Notes under the pieces: generated by a model
Told to the model about the DNA's origin: nothing
The model's input: only the letters and a program-made list of their open reading frames with translations
The model's database searches: none
Made by a program: the position numbers and the translations under genes
Source: Gemmatimonadota bacterium
GTDB lineage: Bacteria; Gemmatimonadota; Gemmatimonadetes; Longimicrobiales; Gaopeijiaceae
Assembly: GCA_039587535.1 (NCBI GenBank)
Contig: JBDHIF010000011.1
Span: 1-64,000 of the forward strand
Length of the DNA stretch: 64,000 nt
Direction of reading: 5' to 3'
Shown: positions 1-7,434 of the stretch, piece by piece
Layout of the letters: the number at the start of each line of letters is the position of its first letter
Numbering within the stretch: the stretch's first letter is position 1

Positions 1-37
1 TCTGGTCGAGCATTACGAGGGGCTCAAGACGGTGTGA
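1..37 (+). CDS. 3' end (partial) of a paralogue of the 2TM/RCK channel gene found at 20730-22016; the last 12 codons (..LVEHYEGLKTV*) match
   Basis: nt 1-37 align at ~90% with 21980-22016 including the stop codon; the gene body lies upstream of the window. Confidence 0.5.
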   Translation, partial: LVEHYEGLKTV

Positions 38-262
38 CATTGGGCCCGATTCTGGGCCCATTGGACCCGGCAGCTTCCGACATCCATTCCTGGCAAGAAC
101 GGCAGATCGTGCGCTCCGCCTTGGATTTACACGGTTTCTTGCCGGATTTCGGCTAGGCTGCTGTCGGCCTGATAAGCGTGAGGTCGGTAGTTCAAATCTA
201 CCCAGGCCCACTTTGGGAAACGGAAGCCCCGCTTGGTCTTAGGTGACTGAGCGGGGCTTCTT
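38..262 (+). ncRNA. Copy 1 of a conserved structured 3'-UTR/tRNA-like RNA element (T-arm GGTAG-TTCAAAT-CTACC plus 6-bp acceptor-like helix GGCCTG/CAGGCC), ending in an intrinsic terminator hairpin (224-262)
   Basis: About 90% identical to 22017-22245. The internal stem GGCAAGAA...TTCTTGCC, the T-loop-like hairpin and the AAGCCCCGCTT..AAGCGGGGCTT terminator are visible directly. It is not foldable as a canonical cloverleaf. Confidence 0.5.
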
Positions 263-281
263 CGTGTTCGGTTGGCAGCGG

Positions 282-310
282 ATTCCCGCTGTTCATTCCC
301 GCTGTTCACG
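282..310. repeat. Tandem 13-bp direct repeat TTCCCGCTGTTCA x2, a candidate integrase arm-type site next to the att-like repeat
   Basis: Direct repeat seen in sequence. The same motif recurs at 4617-4646 and related ATTCCCGCCGTT units at 4153-4200. Confidence 0.4.
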
Positions 311-560
311 TTCCGCCCGCCGCCGTGCGCGCCAAGAGTGCGGCCCGGAGGCGCTCCTGATCGGGTCTCTGGTAGCACTCAACAATCGTCTGGGTGTTCT
401 TCCAACCGCCTAGGTCGGCCAACACCTTCAGCGGTTCATCCACCAGATCCGACGCGAACTTGCGGCGCAGTGAGTGCCAGCCCCGACCCTTCTTCGGCTC
501 CAGCCCAGCCTTCTCCTCGGCCCGCTCCCACCAGTCCCGTGCCAGGTGCCGAGAGACGCT
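306..560 (-). pseudogene. Truncated tyrosine recombinase/phage integrase, C-terminal catalytic fragment only (..GWHSLRRKFAS..LGGWKNTQTIVECYQ..)
   Basis: Only the last ~80 aa (the H-x-x-R and catalytic Tyr region) is integrase-like. The upstream part of the ORF is non-homologous and overlaps a comEA-like gene. It is paralogous to the fragment at 4642-4900. Confidence 0.6.
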
Positions 561-573
561 GTCAGACGGCTTC

Positions 574-846
574 TTAGGGGCAGGGAAGACCCTGAGCCTT
601 AATGTCCCGCAGACGGGCCGCCGCGATTCCGCGCACTCGGACGAGTTCGTCCACTGAGGCGAACCGGCGTTGCCTTCTCGGGGTGATGATTTGTCGAGCG
701 CGCTCAGGGCCGATGTGGATGATCCTGTCGAATTGGGCGGCAGACGCCGTGTTGATGTCCACGCACGCTTGAGCACTCCCTAATGAGGGCGAGAGCAGGA
801 CAAGCGTGAGGACTATGAACAGGGCCTCTTGCAGTCTCTGCCTCAT
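574..846 (-). CDS. comEA: ComEA-like helix-hairpin-helix DNA-binding protein with signal peptide
   Basis: ..VDINTASAAQFDRIIHIGPERARQIITPRRQRRFASVDELVRVRGIAAARLRDIKAQ.. matches the ComEA HhH motif pattern (NTAS..L..LPGIG...A..I...R..G.F.S.EEL..V.GIG). Confidence 0.55.
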   Translation of the reverse strand: MRQRLQEALFIVLTLVLLSPSLGSAQACVDINTASAAQFDRIIHIGPERARQIITPRRQRRFASVDELVRVRGIAAARLRDIKAQGLPCP

Positions 847-996
847 CAGCCTTTCCTCGCCCGGGAGAGGGTCACACGCTGCACCATAGACGCTTCCGCC
901 AGTGGAGGGGCCGGCCAACGCCTTCCCGGCGCAGAGCAGTTGGCTTACGCATGCCCAACGTCCTGGAAATCTGCTGCCGCAGCGGACTGGCTACCA

Positions 997-1383
997 TCAC
1001 CGACACCCGTCTCCGCAGGTGAGGATGAGGCCACCAAGGAAGACGAGTACACCCACCGCGGCGAGTCCAAGGGTACGCACCACCGCAACCCCTCTCCACT
1101 CTACGAGCCGAAGGTTCGCAAGAGCGAAGCTTACTGGCCGCGAATCCACAATACCGTGAAGCGTGTCACCTTCGACGCGAGGGGCGTCAAGGACAACCCC
1201 GGGGCCGTCCGAGGGAAGAACTCGAACGCGGTTCGGTAGGATCTGACGACCGTTGTCCAGGGCCACAACAACCGGCTCGTTCTGCCCGGAAGTCGGAGAG
1301 ACCACGGTGACCGGCTCCCAAGTCGAGCAGCCTGTGATGACGACTGTCAGCGCTATGACGCTGAACCGAAGCCTTGCGCACAT
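997..1383 (-). CDS. Hypothetical lipoprotein (lipobox ..VITGC|S) with C-terminal hydrophobic segment
   Basis: Signal peptide plus Cys lipobox after the M at 'MCARLRFSVIALTVVITGCS'. No recognisable family. Confidence 0.35.
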   Translation of the reverse strand: MCARLRFSVIALTVVITGCSTWEPVTVVSPTSGQNEPVVVALDNGRQILPNRVRVLPSDGPGVVLDAPRVEGDTLHGIVDSRPVSFALANLRLVEWRGVAVVRTLGLAAVGVLVFLGGLILTCGDGCR

Positions 1384-1403
1384 CCAGGACCTCCTTCGGA
1401 GTG

Positions 1404-1496
1404 TCCTAACGGATTGGAATTCTGCTGCGCGGCCCGTTAGATGACCAGCGCAGCGTATCAACTAGTCCTTCCGCGACTGCAGCAATTCCTTGTTAG
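1404..1496. repeat. MITE-like ~90-bp repeat (copy R1) with terminal inverted repeats CCTAAC..GGAATTCTGCTGC / GCAGCAATTCC..GTTAGG, 20 nt upstream of the lipoprotein start
   Basis: Sequence family is shared with 2172-2258 and 3012-3102. There is a partial copy at 953-990. Confidence 0.5.
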
Positions 1497-1879
1497 GGGG
1501 CGTGCCGCTTCGCTCTGAAGTTCACCGACTCGAGCCCCTCGAAATCTGCGTCCTGAGTCCATAGCTCAGCGTCGCTCGCCAGAGTGGTCGCATAGATGAC
1601 ACTGTCGGCCAGTGGGAGCTTGAGCGAGGCTCCCAACTCAGCAGCCTCAATTGCCAAGCCTTCATCCAGGTCCACCACTCGTCCCTGACGCATGGCCGCC
1701 GCCGCCTGAAGTGCGTCTTGTCTGCCACGCTGCCGCAGGACATACCGATAGACCTCGAGGACAGTGATTGACGGGACGATGAGGACACTGGCTTCGTTGA
1801 TCACCCGCCCAAACCACTTCGCGTTGGGGCCGTCGGCGAAGAACTCGATCCAGCCTGACGAGTCGATGACGACCTTCAA
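1493..1879 (-). CDS. vapC: Type II toxin VapC (PIN-domain ribonuclease)
   Basis: MKVVIDSSGWIEFF.. has the N-terminal Asp and the distal ..TQDADF acidic motif typical of PIN. There is a 4-nt overlap with the upstream antitoxin. Confidence 0.8.
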   Translation of the reverse strand: MKVVIDSSGWIEFFADGPNAKWFGRVINEASVLIVPSITVLEVYRYVLRQRGRQDALQAAAAMRQGRVVDLDEGLAIEAAELGASLKLPLADSVIYATTLASDAELWTQDADFEGLESVNFRAKRHAP

Positions 1880-2085
1880 AACTCGCGATCCGGCTCTCGT
1901 TCGAAGTTAGGGTCCATTCCCCTGAGGAATCCCCGCATCTCCGAGATCGGGCGGACCGGGACGAGCTCGATGCGGTCCCCGATCGCGAAGGCTTCGACCT
2001 TCTGGCCCGGCTTGATCTTCAACCGCTCACGGACGGCCTTTGGGATCACCACCTGGTATTTGCTGGAGATCGTAACTGTTGACAA
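1876..2085 (-). CDS. vapB: Antitoxin VapB (AbrB/MazE/SpoVT-type swapped-hairpin)
   Basis: MSTVTISSKYQVVIPKAVRERLKIKPGQKV.. is the classic AbrB/MazE-like N-terminus. It is 69 aa and is coupled to vapC. Confidence 0.75.
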   Translation of the reverse strand: MSTVTISSKYQVVIPKAVRERLKIKPGQKVEAFAIGDRIELVPVRPISEMRGFLRGMDPNFEREPDREF

Positions 2086-2171
2086 GACTATTCCTCCATC
2101 GATGTCCTATACGTCTTACGATAGAGGTACGTGGCCGCGGGCTCAAGAGTTCCGGGGTGGGCTCCTACGCC

Positions 2172-2258
2172 CCCTAACGTCTCGGAACTCTGCTGCCGCA
2201 CCGGCGCGTTACCAGACATACCGAACAGCCTACGCGGACAGCAGCAATTCCTTGTTAG
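2172..2258. repeat. MITE-like repeat copy R2 (more divergent core), upstream of vapB
   Basis: It shares the TIRs CCTAACGTCTCGGAACTCTGCTGC ... GCAGCAATTCCTTGTTAGG. Confidence 0.45.
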
Positions 2259-2992
2259 GTGGAACCCGCTTCCGACGCCACGTCGCCAGTCAGAAGCTCC
2301 AAGGCCCGGTCTATCTCTCCCATGGCCTCCTCCGCCATCGCTCTCAGCGCCGGAAGACTCTGCTGGCGGATCCGAAACGCTGTGGCTGCGTCATCGGTCA
2401 TCAGCCGAGTCAGGACCCTCTCGGCGGCCTCGTCGGGAAGGTCAACCGGCTGACAGATCAGTTCGGCCGCGCTGATGTTTGGGCACGCCTCACGAATCTG
2501 AAGAATGAGTTCTTGAGGAATCGCGCCGCGGACCCCCTTCAGGTACTCGTCACGATAAGGCGCCTGCTGGCTCTCCAAGTTCGACAAAGCCGCATATGCA
2601 CGCTGGATCGCTTCCCTCAGCGCGACAGGCGCAATGAGGTTGAGTCTTCCGGTGGAGATGACGTCGTCGTAGGTAGTGCGGTCAGGCTTCCGTGGATTGT
2701 CTCTTCCCATGTTGTACAACGCGACAATCAGCTCATCCGTACCTTCGGCTGGCGATCCGGTCTCGAAGTAACTCGAGGAAGCAGCCGCATACTCGATCGC
2801 TCTCAAGGCCGATCGGTGAACGCCCTCCACAAAGTCACGCGACTCGCGAAGCTCCGCCAACAGGCGGATTTCGTATTCGGAGCCCAGTGCACGGTCTCGT
2901 CGGTCAGCGCTCCAGGAGTCAACGCCAAGGGCGGCGAGCACACCGACCACGATGATGAGGAACTCGGAGGAGAGCCTCTTTGCCTGCCGCAT
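2255..2992 (-). CDS. Membrane-anchored hypothetical protein, paralogue A (N-terminal TM, ~220-aa extracytoplasmic domain)
   Basis: Start corrected to MRQAKRLSSEFLIIVVGVLAALGVDSW. It is paralogous to 3117-3839 (EFLLIFVGIVAALAVDRW). Confidence 0.5.
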   Translation of the reverse strand: MRQAKRLSSEFLIIVVGVLAALGVDSWSADRRDRALGSEYEIRLLAELRESRDFVEGVHRSALRAIEYAAASSSYFETGSPAEGTDELIVALYNMGRDNPRKPDRTTYDDVISTGRLNLIAPVALREAIQRAYAALSNLESQQAPYRDEYLKGVRGAIPQELILQIREACPNISAAELICQPVDLPDEAAERVLTRLMTDDAATAFRIRQQSLPALRAMAEEAMGEIDRALELLTGDVASEAGST

Positions 2993-3011
2993 GTTCCACC
3001 TCTCGGTTCCA

Positions 3012-3102
3012 CCTAACGTCCCGGAATTCTGCTGCACGGCCCGCCTCCGCACCAGCGCAGCGTATCAACTTGCTCTTCCGCGTCTGCAGCAATTCCTGGT
3101 TA
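3012..3102. repeat. MITE-like repeat copy R3, 20 nt upstream of the start of paralogue A
   Basis: CCTAACGTCCCGGAATTCTGCTGC...CCAGCGCAGCGTATCAACTTGCTCTTCCGCG...CTGCAGCAATTCCTGGTTAG. The core is near-identical to R1. Confidence 0.5.
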
Positions 3103-3116
3103 GACCGACTTCTACC

Positions 3117-3839
3117 CTACTGGTCAAGCGCTTCCCGCACCTCGGTCAGCAACCGTTCCGTGCGCTCACTCCATCGCCGAGCGATACCCTCCGCGGCGAT
3201 CGCATATTTTTCTTGGGAGTTGAGCATCCGCGCGATCTCAGGATCTTCGGTCAAGGTGGACCAGAGAGCGGTTGCATCGGGGGAAGAGGCCCGTTCACAG
3301 TCGAACGCCGGAATCTCCCTGGGACACGCGCGTCCTCGATACAGCTCCGCCGGGACGTACGCTTCACGGAAGGCCCTGAAGCCGAAATAGCTCGGATCCT
3401 CCAAGCGTCGCCGACCGTCAGGGAGGTCTTGAGTGAAGTAGGCCACGATGTGACCCCTGAGCGCGTGGTCCGAGATCAACCGGAGGTTTCCCGTCGCCTC
3501 CAAGTCCCTGAAGCTCGCCTCGCGAGTCGGCTGCTCGAAGCGCCAGCCCGCACGGGTCACGGCCACCATCAAGCCAAAATCTGACGGTCTCGTGTCCTCG
3601 CGGATAGCACTTTGGAGCGCTGCGGCGGCTTCCTGCGCGCGGACGGAGGCCGCGAGCATCTCGTCGAAGATGGCGGCGTTGGCCTCCAGGTCGCTCAGTA
3701 CGAAAGCGAGGTACTCCTCTTCAGCGCGCGACTCGTCGAGGCCTTGCACCCATCGATCCACCGCCAGGGCCGCGACAATCCCAACGAAGATAAGGAGGAA
3801 CTCCGCTACGACCCGCCTGCGGTTGGGCGATTCACTCAC
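3117..3839 (-). CDS. Membrane-anchored hypothetical protein, paralogue B
   Basis: N-terminal TM anchor. Paralogous to 2255-2992. No known family recognised. Confidence 0.5.
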   Translation of the reverse strand: MSESPNRRRVVAEFLLIFVGIVAALAVDRWVQGLDESRAEEEYLAFVLSDLEANAAIFDEMLAASVRAQEAAAALQSAIREDTRPSDFGLMVAVTRAGWRFEQPTREASFRDLEATGNLRLISDHALRGHIVAYFTQDLPDGRRRLEDPSYFGFRAFREAYVPAELYRGRACPREIPAFDCERASSPDATALWSTLTEDPEIARMLNSQEKYAIAAEGIARRWSERTERLLTEVREALDQ

Positions 3840-4152
3840 GAAAGCTCCTTCAGAAGTCGGTGTAACTCTACTTCTACGGACCCGCCGTAAGCCCTTACGG
3901 CGTCTTACGCGGATCCGAGTATGCGCCGCACTTTCCAGCCTGGCAACGCGAACTCCCGGAAGTGTGCGCTGGGGTCCTCAGCATACGCCGGTCCGCGTAA
4001 GTCCCTCGACGCACGAAGACCCCGACGGCGCACCGCCAAGAGGAACACTTTAAAAGTCTCTTTTCGATCCCCTCCCGAACGCTCGCGGAGGAGTCCCACC
4101 TCCTCCTATCGAAGGGGGCCCCTTGGGGGGGTCGTCGTCTCGGGCGGAGAGC

Positions 4153-4200
4153 GATTCCCGCTCTAATTCCCGCCGTTCCCTCCGTTATTCCCGCCGTTCG
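4153..4200. repeat. Cluster of ATTCCCGC(C/T)GTT-like direct repeats (candidate arm-type sites) immediately upstream of RNA-element copy 2
   Basis: gcgATTCCCGCTCTaATTCCCGCCGTTccctccgttATTCCCGCCGTTcgg. Confidence 0.35.
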
Positions 4201-4228
4201 GAGGCGGCATCTTCCGGCACCGTGAATT

Positions 4229-4388
4229 GGCAAGAGTGGCAGATCGTGCAGCCCATCAATGGTTTAGACGATTTCTTGCCGTGATTCGCGCGAAGCGCGA
4301 GGCGCCTGATAAGCGTGAGGTCGGTAGTTCAAATCTACCCAGGCCCACTGAGGCTCCTCGGTCGAGTGACCGAGGAGCCTCTTTCGTT
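4229..4388 (+). ncRNA. Copy 2 of the structured tRNA-like RNA element (diverged 5' half, identical 3' T-arm/acceptor end) with its own terminator hairpin (4351-4388)
   Basis: GGCAAGAG..TTCTTGCC stem, conserved GGCAGATCGTGC, CCTGATAAGCGTGAGGTCGGTAGTTCAAATCTACCCAGGCCCAC, then GAGGCTCCTCGG..CCGAGGAGCCTC-TTTCGTTC. Confidence 0.45.
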
Positions 4389-4523
4389 CAGGTTGGTCGA
4401 GAACTAACGACCTCACGGTCCCACTCAGCTGACTCGGTAGTTCACCCGGAGCGCGCGGTCAGCGCGCGGAGGGGAGCGAGGGCCGGTCAGGTACTGGCGA
4501 CAGCGCCAGCCCGGGAAGCCCGC

Positions 4524-4597
4524 AGCTCAAATCTACCCAGGCCCACTTTTTGGAAGTAGATGCCCCGCTTGGTCTTAGGTGACTGAGCGGGGCTTTT
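4524..4597 (+). repeat. Partial copy 3 of the RNA element (3' ~22 nt att-like core GCTCAAATCTACCCAGGCCCAC) plus a terminator hairpin identical to that of copy 1
   Basis: 4524-4650 is near-identical to 196-312 (core, terminator, 13-bp direct repeats). Confidence 0.5.
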
Positions 4598-4616
4598 GCG
4601 TGTCCGGGTGGCAACG

Positions 4617-4646
4617 GATTCCCGCTGTTCATTCCCGCTGTTCACC
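4617..4646. repeat. Tandem TTCCCGCTGTTCA x2 direct repeat (second copy of the 282-310 arm-type-like repeat)
   Basis: Identical motif and position relative to the integrase fragment. Confidence 0.4.
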
Positions 4647-4900
4647 CTCCACCTGCCGCCTCTCGTGCCGATAGTGCGGCCCTAGGGCGCTCCTGATCGG
4701 GTGTGTGATAGCACTCGACGATCGTCTGGGTGTTCTTCCAGCCACCAAGGTCGGCCGACACCTTCGACGGTTCATCCACCAGATTCGACGCGAACTTTCG
4801 TCGCAGGGAGTGCCAGCCCCCACCCCGCTTCGGCTCCACGCCAGCCGGGTCCTCGGCCTTGCGCCACCAGTCCCTGACCAGGTGCCTGGAACAAGGCCTA
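4642..4900 (-). pseudogene. Second truncated tyrosine integrase C-terminal fragment (..GGGWHSLRRKFASNLVDEPSKVSADLGGWKNTQTIVECYHTPDQE..)
   Basis: Paralogous to 306-560. The upstream part of the 277-aa ORF is low-complexity and non-homologous. Confidence 0.6.
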
Positions 4901-5637
4901 GTAGATGGGGCGCCGGGGGGATGTAGGAGTCCCCGATTCCAGGCGCGTGTCTCGCTACGGGCCTCCAGGGCCTCGTAAGCTCCCTCGGTGAGAGGCGTCA
5001 CACGCTCGAGACCAAGTTTGTCACTCTCAGTGCGCCAGCGGACGCTTCTCGCCCTCAAGTCCGCGTCCATTTCGGTCGTTGAGGCCGAAGGCGGCTGCTT
5101 TGTCGACTGGCGCGCAAGCTTCGAGGTGGCTGAGGGGCCGGCTGATGAGGCCTGCGGAATGATGAAGGGTGTGTATGAGGAAGGCATGTCTGCCCTGCGG
5201 GAGGCCCACGCCGGATGGGTACACCGGTCGACGTATGCGGGCGGGGCGGTAGGTACTGGATAGGTGGTGTCCGGTGCCCTCCCGTTCCCTTTGGCATGCA
5301 CCCCGACCCGCGTCTCACACATCTGTCCGCCACGTCTCACTCGGCTCGATCTGAAGGGCTTGGCGCGTTGGGATTGGACACGACAACCCGGGCACGGCCA
5401 GGACGACCGGTAGCCCAATGCCAATCCCAGCAACCGCGGCGTGAATCGGTCCGGACCCCGCTGTCTGACGGCCAAGCTGCGTCAGCAGCCATGCCGTTAT
5501 GGGGATTCCCAGGAAGGCACCCGTGCCCAGCTGAGCGATGGAGCGGCGACCACAGGTAAAGGCCAGACTGGAGTTGCGCGCTCCCACCACGGTTCGAACA
5601 CCGATCTCTCGGGTCCGCTCCGAAACCGAGAAGGAAG

Positions 5638-5669
5638 GGGTCTAGACGAGTTCTTGCCGTGATCCGCGA
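5638..5669 (+). repeat. Fragment of the RNA element 5' half (GGTCTAGACGAGTTCTTGCCGTGATCCGCG versus copy 2 GGTTTAGACGATTTCTTGCCGTGATTCGCG) upstream of amtB
   Basis: 28/30 nt match to 4261-4290, so this is an integration scar. Confidence 0.4.
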
Positions 5670-5775
5670 TATTACCGCTCGTTGATCAAGTGGACATAAT
5701 CGACGGGGCGCCGTAAGATCTTCCGCTCACGTATCAGCATGACTCCACCTCAACCCCGAGAAGGAACTGCTGCCC

Positions 5776-7077
5776 ATGGGCCTTGTTTCCTTTCTGGCCG
5801 CGGTGCAAGCCGAAGCGCCGATCCAGGATGCTCCCGCCTGGGACGCACTTAGCACGCTTTGGATCCTGATCGCGGCGATCCTTGTCTTCTTCATGCAGGC
5901 GGGGTTCAGCGTACTCGAGGCCGGACTGGTGCGAGCGAAGAACGCCGGGAATGTGCTGATGAAGAATCTCCTCGATTTTTCGTCGGCCACGCTGGGCTAC
6001 TTCGTCTTCGGGTACGCGATCATGTACGGCTCGGAGGGGCTTCTGTTCGGGACCGAGGGGTGGTTCCTCGCGGGTGTCGAGTCTCCGGTCGATGGTTTGC
6101 CTGTCGAAGTCTTTTGGCTCTTCCAAGCCATGTTCGCGGGTGCCGCTGCGACGATCGTCGCGGGTGCGGTCGCGGAGAGGATGAAGTTCACGTCCTACCT
6201 GGCCTACTCGTTCATCCTCTCGGCTTTCATTTACCCGATCGTCGGTCACTGGGTGTGGGGTGGCGGTTGGCTCGCCGGCCTCGGCTTCCACGATTTCGCC
6301 GGCTCGACGGTGGTGCATGCTGTGGGGGGCGTAACCGGGCTCGTGGCCGCATGGGTACTGGGTCCACGTTTCGGGAAGTTCAATAAGGACGGCTCGCCCA
6401 ATGCGATCGGGGGGCATAGCCTCCCGTTGGCCTCGCTCGGCGTCTTCATCCTCTGGTTTGGCTGGTATGGCTTCAACGCCGGATCGACCCTCGGAATGGG
6501 TGAGCCCGACGTCGTCGCCCGGATCGCCATCAACACGACGCTAGCTCCTGCCATCGGCGCGGTAATGGGCATGATCACGAGTTGGGTTCGCTATGGGAAG
6601 CCGGACCTTCTGTTGGCCCTGAACGGAGCTCTCGCAGGGCTGGTAGGGATTACCGCAGGTTGCGCCGCCGTGACTCCGGGAGCGGCGCTTTGGATCGGAG
6701 CGATCGCCGGGGTACTCTGTGTCTACGGAATCGCGTGGATCGACGCGATTCGAGTGGACGATCCGGTCGGGGCCGTGGCGGTACACGGGATCTGCGGCAT
6801 CTGGGGCACGCTGGCTGTCGGCCTCTGGGGCCGGGAGACGTTCGGCGCGACCGGCGACGGCCTCTTCATGGGCGGGGGCTTCGGCGCGTTGGGCATTCAG
6901 ATGCTGGGTGTGATCGCGTGCCTCGGGTTCACGGCGATCGCGATGTGGATCGTGTTCACGGCGATCGACTCGGTCCTCGGCCTGCGCGTCTCGCACGAGA
7001 CGGAGCTGCGCGGCCTCGACATCGATGAGCACGGGATCGAGTCGTACGCCGGGTTCCAGATCTTCACCACCGACTGA
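5776..7077 (+). CDS. amtB: Ammonium transporter (Amt/MEP family)
   Basis: 433 aa. It has 11-12 TM helices and an Amt signature region (..FFMQAGFSVLEAGLVRAKN..), followed by a P-II gene. Confidence 0.9.
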   Translation: MGLVSFLAAVQAEAPIQDAPAWDALSTLWILIAAILVFFMQAGFSVLEAGLVRAKNAGNVLMKNLLDFSSATLGYFVFGYAIMYGSEGLLFGTEGWFLAGVESPVDGLPVEVFWLFQAMFAGAAATIVAGAVAERMKFTSYLAYSFILSAFIYPIVGHWVWGGGWLAGLGFHDFAGSTVVHAVGGVTGLVAAWVLGPRFGKFNKDGSPNAIGGHSLPLASLGVFILWFGWYGFNAGSTLGMGEPDVVARIAINTTLAPAIGAVMGMITSWVRYGKPDLLLALNGALAGLVGITAGCAAVTPGAALWIGAIAGVLCVYGIAWIDAIRVDDPVGAVAVHGICGIWGTLAVGLWGRETFGATGDGLFMGGGFGALGIQMLGVIACLGFTAIAMWIVFTAIDSVLGLRVSHETELRGLDIDEHGIESYAGFQIFTTD

Positions 7078-7091
7078 GGCGAGTTCTTGCC

Positions 7092-7427
7092 ATGAAGATG
7101 ATCATCGCGGTGATCAAGGCGGAGCAGCTACCTGCCGTGAAACAGGCGCTGTTTGACGCCGAGATCAGACACATGACGGCCACATCCGTCCTGGGAACTG
7201 CGCCGCGTACAGAGCAGCAGATGTACCGTGGTGTGAAGAAGGAGGTTTCGCTCTTCAAGCGGGTTCGCCTGGAGGTGGCGGTCAATGACGCCAACGTGGA
7301 GCGCGCCATCGAGGCCATATCCCGCGGATGTATGGAGTCGGGCGGCGCCGGGAAGATCTTCGTGACCGAGCTGCACGACGTCGTCACTGTGTGGACCGGC
7401 GAGCGCGGTTCGCGAGCACTGTACTGA
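7092..7427 (+). CDS. glnK: Nitrogen regulatory protein P-II (GlnK-type, divergent T-loop)
   Basis: MKMIIAVIKAEQLPAVKQAL.. is a P-II fold of 111 aa. The T-loop reads GTAPRTEQQMYRGVKKE (Tyr retained, RQKGH replaced). Confidence 0.8.
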   Translation: MKMIIAVIKAEQLPAVKQALFDAEIRHMTATSVLGTAPRTEQQMYRGVKKEVSLFKRVRLEVAVNDANVERAIEAISRGCMESGGAGKIFVTELHDVVTVWTGERGSRALY

Positions 7428-7434
7428 GGGCGTC

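Noticed and set aside
38-211. Calling the T-arm-containing element a tRNA gene
   Set aside because: Only a T-arm and a 6-bp acceptor-like helix separated by a 14-nt linker can be formed. No D or anticodon arms exist, so it is reported as a tRNA-like ncRNA instead.
3592-4233. ORFs of 153 aa, 92 aa and 112 aa in the 3840-4215 gap
   Set aside because: They are low-complexity Arg/Ala/Ser-rich with no homology. The region is better explained as inter-element DNA carrying arm-type repeats.
5630-7095. Sigma-54 promoter around the recurring TTCTTGCC upstream of amtB and glnK
   Set aside because: The GG/GC spacing does not match the -24/-12 consensus. The amtB-upstream match is better explained as a fragment of the repeated RNA element.
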